Below the pieces are notes generated by a model. That model saw only the letters and a list, made by a program, of their open reading frames with translations, was not told the origin of the DNA and ran no database searches. From Vulcanimicrobiota bacterium (GTDB lineage Bacteria; Vulcanimicrobiota; Xenobia; Xenobiales; JADMJV01), in the NCBI GenBank assembly GCA_050250895.1, contig JBFWNU010000006.1:119513-183512 (forward strand): a stretch of DNA of 64,000 nt. Direction: 5' to 3'. Positions 60,478-64,000 of the stretch are shown here, piece after piece. How positions within the stretch are numbered: the stretch's first letter is position 1; every line of letters begins with the position of its first letter. Made by a program: the position numbers and the translations under genes.

Positions 60478-61938
60478 TTGGACTATAATAAGCCCGTGAC
60501 ATTTCAAGACAACGCCATGGTGCTGCTGCTCGACTCTCGACGCGCCCGCCGTGGTCTGGACCGCTACCTGCTCGCTTCGATCTTGTTTTCTTTGCTGGCG
60601 GGCGTCGGCCTGTCTGTTGTTCTGTCGCCCTTGACCGGCGTGGCCGTGGCCGGCATCTGTCTGCTGGCCCTGTTCCCGTTCTTCCGGGCTCAGGCCGACG
60701 CCTCGGCCATCGTCTCGTTTCGCAACGGGGGCGGAATGGAAGACATCCGCCAGACCAAACTGTCGCCCTGGGACATGCTCGACGGTACCACCTATCACAC
60801 CATGCACAAGATTCTCTACCCGGGCTTGAGCATGGGGGTCATCATGGTATGCCTGACGGTCGCCCTTTCGCCCAACAGCTTCGTGCTGTGGAGCGCCATG
60901 CCCCTGGCCCTGGCCTTCTTCCCGGCCATGGTGTTGGTGGTCTGGGCGCAGGCCTATTTCGCCCAGATGATGGCCGCCTGGACCCTCGACAACGAGGCAA
61001 CCACTCTGCAGTTCACGGCCGTCTCGACGGTCATTTTGCCGGTGGTCCTGGCCTTCCCCCTGGCCTTGTCGAACTTCTCCAACGGTCGCGCCCTGGCGGG
61101 CGCGCTGGTGCTGATCCTCAGCACCTTCTGGGTGGCTTGTCTGTCGCGCCTGTTCGCCGGCTTCGGCTTGTCGCGCGGCGATCAGGTGCATCGGGTCTTC
61201 AACAAGGTTCGCCAGGAAATGCTCACCCGCAACGAGACCATCAAACCGTGGAACGACAATCCGATCGTCATGCGCGAGTGCGCGCGTGACGCCGGGCGAG
61301 TGGGCGGCGGGGCCGCTGGCGCCTGGGCCCACTACAACTGGATGGCGGTTTTGCTGGCAGTGGTGCCGACCTGTGTGCTGATGTCGGTCAGAGCCGAGAC
61401 CACCGACACGGTCTTGTTGAGCGAGTGGACCTGGGTTCTCTGCTTCTGCGTCTATTACATCTTGCAGCCGGCCCGGGCCGCCTCGCGCATCAGCGGAGCC
61501 ATGACCGAAGAGCGCGAGCGGCGTACCCTAGAGTCGTTGGCGGTCACACCGATGACCATCCAGGAGTTTGTCGACGGTTGGGCCGAGGTCGGCTGGTTCC
61601 ACCGCATTCGTGAGAACCGGCTGGCCGCGCCGGCCTTTCTGTTGATGGCCTGGCTGTGCGGGTTCCCCGTGACGCTGGCCATCGCGCTGATGCCGCTGTT
61701 GTTCATCAACTCGATCATGGGCAGCTATCTCGGGTTCGCCATCGGGGTCCTGGCCCCCAACCGCCAGGAGTCGGGAGGCGATGTGGCCGTCTTCTTGACC
61801 CTGGGCGTCAGCCTGGCTATCGCCGCTGGATTTATCTACAACGGATACACCTGGCTGGCGGCTTTGCTGTGGCTCTACGGTATCAGCTTTCTGTGCCTCT
61901 ATCTCGCTCGCAGCCTGGGTGTGCGCTCGGTCAGCTAG
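60478..61938 (+). CDS. Polytopic membrane protein, ABC-2 permease-like
   Basis: Many TM segments; NPIVMRE and EERERRTLESLAVTPM motifs. Confidence 0.7.
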   Translation: MDYNKPVTFQDNAMVLLLDSRRARRGLDRYLLASILFSLLAGVGLSVVLSPLTGVAVAGICLLALFPFFRAQADASAIVSFRNGGGMEDIRQTKLSPWDMLDGTTYHTMHKILYPGLSMGVIMVCLTVALSPNSFVLWSAMPLALAFFPAMVLVVWAQAYFAQMMAAWTLDNEATTLQFTAVSTVILPVVLAFPLALSNFSNGRALAGALVLILSTFWVACLSRLFAGFGLSRGDQVHRVFNKVRQEMLTRNETIKPWNDNPIVMRECARDAGRVGGGAAGAWAHYNWMAVLLAVVPTCVLMSVRAETTDTVLLSEWTWVLCFCVYYILQPARAASRISGAMTEERERRTLESLAVTPMTIQEFVDGWAEVGWFHRIRENRLAAPAFLLMAWLCGFPVTLAIALMPLLFINSIMGSYLGFAIGVLAPNRQESGGDVAVFLTLGVSLAIAAGFIYNGYTWLAALLWLYGISFLCLYLARSLGVRSVS

Positions 61939-62645
61939 ATCAGCTCGACCTGTTCGCGGCGAACCCACCCCTGAACCCTTCCTAGAGCGAGAATCTGCAG
62001 CCAGTCGTCGCGCGTGGCCAGCACTCGCACGGCCGTCCCGGGATGCAGCGTCAGGCTGTCGGTGAACTCGGGACCGGGTCCGTTCTTCACCTGGGCGACC
62101 GCCGAGATGACCACGGCTCGGTGGGCGCCGGGCCCTAGTTCTTTCCAGCTGAGCACCCCCACCAGCAAGAGCAGCACCACCAGGCAAGCGGCCGAGCCCC
62201 AGGCCAGCGGTTCGCGATGGCGCTGGCGGTAGAGCAGGAAGAGCCCTACCGTCGCCAGGTTGAACAGCAGGATTGCGCCGGCCAGTTCGTTTTCGGTCAG
62301 CAGGCGGACGAGTCGCGTCAAGCCGTCTTCGGGGGGCTCGCTGTCGCTGAGCTGGCTGCGCAGCAGAGCCAGATTGTGCGCCAGGTTGCGGTCGCGAGGA
62401 CGATAGAGGCGAGCCTTCTCGTAGGCCACCCGGGCCCGTCCCAGGTCGGCCAACTGGTAGTAGGCGTTGCCCAGATTGTAGAGGACCTCGCCCGATTCGC
62501 CCTCCTCGAGACTCTGGCGATAGAGTTCGGCCGAGCGTGAGTAGGCTCCCTTTAGATAGGCGTCGTTGGCCTGGCGGTAAAGCTCATCGGGCGGGTCGGC
62601 CAGTCCCAGGGTGGTGAGCAGCAGCAAGAACATGACCGTCCTCAT
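61935..62645 (-). CDS. BatE-like TPR/SH3 membrane protein
   Basis: Signal peptide, YNLGNAYY TPR, two TM helices, SH3b-like LHPGTAV...GWV; ATGA overlap with the BatD-like gene. Confidence 0.75.
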   Translation of the reverse strand: MRTVMFLLLLTTLGLADPPDELYRQANDAYLKGAYSRSAELYRQSLEEGESGEVLYNLGNAYYQLADLGRARVAYEKARLYRPRDRNLAHNLALLRSQLSDSEPPEDGLTRLVRLLTENELAGAILLFNLATVGLFLLYRQRHREPLAWGSAACLVVLLLLVGVLSWKELGPGAHRAVVISAVAQVKNGPGPEFTDSLTLHPGTAVRVLATRDDWLQILALGRVQGWVRREQVELI

Positions 62646-64000
62646 TGGGGCCACTCCGTCTTCAGGCGACGCAGCAGCGCCAGGGCGCGCTGCCGTTCCT
62701 GGGCCGTCAGTTCGGCGGCGGTTCCGGCGTAGCGCCGATGGTCGCACTCGCGCAACCAATCCAGCAATTGCTCACGCAGGTTCTGGTCGAGGCCCGCTTG
62801 CGCGAGTGTCTGCTCGAGGCGGCGATGGGAGAATCCCGCGGTGGGCCGCTCGAGACGGCTACTGAGGTAGCGATGGATCAGCCGCGGCAATTCTTCGGCG
62901 CTGCGAGTCTGTTGTAGCTCTCTCTCCAGGTCCTGGCGGGCCCGGCTCCGCCACTCTTGCGCTCCCCGGGCCACCCGGCGTCGCAACCAGGGCAAGCCGG
63001 CCGTCAGCAAGAGAGCCAGGATCGGCAGGGCTTGAGCGGCCAAGAACAGGGGAGAGGTTAACCAGCGGCCTGGGCGGCGGGGGGTTCTCTCGAGCAGCGG
63101 CTTGAGTTGCGGTTCGCTGCCAGACGGATCGCTGGCCTCGGGGTTGGCTTCGGGCAGGGCTTCGCCCGTGACTTCGACCTCGAGGTCAGGAGAGGTCACC
63201 ACCTCGTACTGATCACTGGCAGGGTCGAAGTAGGCCAACTGCAGATTCGAGATCACCAGCCGGCCGGGTTTGGTCGGCACCAGGCTGGTGGTGAAGGTCT
63301 TCTTGCCCCGCACTTCCTGGCCCACCGCGCGGGTCTGACCGGTGGTGTTGGTCTCGTAGACGCGAAATCCGGGCATAGGCGGCAAAGGTAGGTCTGGCAC
63401 CAGTTCGACGTTGCCGTCGCCCTCGATGGTGCGGGTCAGGGTAATCGTCTTGCCCACCTCGGCTCGCCGCGTGCTGAGCTTGCAATCGAGGTTGAAGTTG
63501 CCTACCGCGCCACTGAAGTTGGCCGGCTTGCCCTTGTCTGGCAAGGGCAGCACCGTGACCTCGATGGGGTCGGATTGAAATACGCGGGCATCGGGTCGAA
63601 ACCAGTTCGAAGATACGGCCCGGAGCTCGACTGGCGGCAGGGTGAACTTTCCCGGGGTGAGGGGAAAGAAGGCCGTCCTGACCACGCTCACCGCGTAGCG
63701 GTAGCCGTTCTCATATTCTTCGTGCGACTCTTGGGGGAAGTCGAGCCGCAAGAATCCGGTCGGATTGATCGGATTGTAGCGCGGGTCGGAAATCAGTCGG
63801 ACCCGGTGATGGAACGAGAAGGTGAAGATCAAAGGCTGGTTCTGGTAAATCTTTTTGGGTTCGGCGGTGGCCCGCACGAACATCGAGGGCGACTCTTCGT
63901 CATCGCTCTCGTCGTCGGGCTCATAACTGGGCGGCTGAGGCTGGGGCCAACCCGGAAATTGAGGTCGGGTTGGTCGGCTGGCGCCGCTGACATCGAGCTG
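62642..64000 (-). CDS. BatD family protein (partial; 5' end lies outside the window)
   Basis: VLPLP...FSGAVGNF, IEGDGN, YFDP...YE; frame stays open to the window edge. Confidence 0.82.
   Translation of the reverse strand, partial: QLDVSGASRPTRPQFPGWPQPQPPSYEPDDESDDEESPSMFVRATAEPKKIYQNQPLIFTFSFHHRVRLISDPRYNPINPTGFLRLDFPQESHEEYENGYRYAVSVVRTAFFPLTPGKFTLPPVELRAVSSNWFRPDARVFQSDPIEVTVLPLPDKGKPANFSGAVGNFNLDCKLSTRRAEVGKTITLTRTIEGDGNVELVPDLPLPPMPGFRVYETNTTGQTRAVGQEVRGKKTFTTSLVPTKPGRLVISNLQLAYFDPASDQYEVVTSPDLEVEVTGEALPEANPEASDPSGSEPQLKPLLERTPRRPGRWLTSPLFLAAQALPILALLLTAGLPWLRRRVARGAQEWRSRARQDLERELQQTRSAEELPRLIHRYLSSRLERPTAGFSHRRLEQTLAQAGLDQNLREQLLDWLRECDHRRYAGTAAELTAQERQRALALLRRLKTEWPQ

Overview
High-GC bacterial chromosomal segment, densely coding with about 50 genes. 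No rRNA, tRNA, CRISPR array or recognisable transposase was seen. The gene style (PilZ, Hpt, Ser/Thr kinase, eukaryote-like enzymes with low-complexity N-termini) is reminiscent of Ca. Eremiobacterota/Vulcanimicrobiota, but this is inference only. Housekeeping genes include ettA, rapA, a TatD DNase, ackA, an M3 peptidase, xth, trmH, PBP1A and BatD/BatE-like genes. Two candidates stand out as possibly undescribed systems. (1) An HNH endonuclease gene carries inside its reading frame the 16-bp palindrome ACTTCCAGCTGGAAGT, which recurs once per unit in an adjacent ~165-bp tandem repeat array. (2) A three-member Hsp90/HtpG-like GHKL family comprises one intact ATPase and two giant pseudo-ATPases built from tandem copies of a shared module. 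Also noted: a paladin-like phosphatase, a shared putative non-Sec N-terminal leader on four proteins, an ECF42-type promoter before two DGPF/YciI genes, and a recurring intergenic TGTTAACA-like palindrome. All family calls come from motif recognition by eye; no database searches were run, and several start codons are my estimates.
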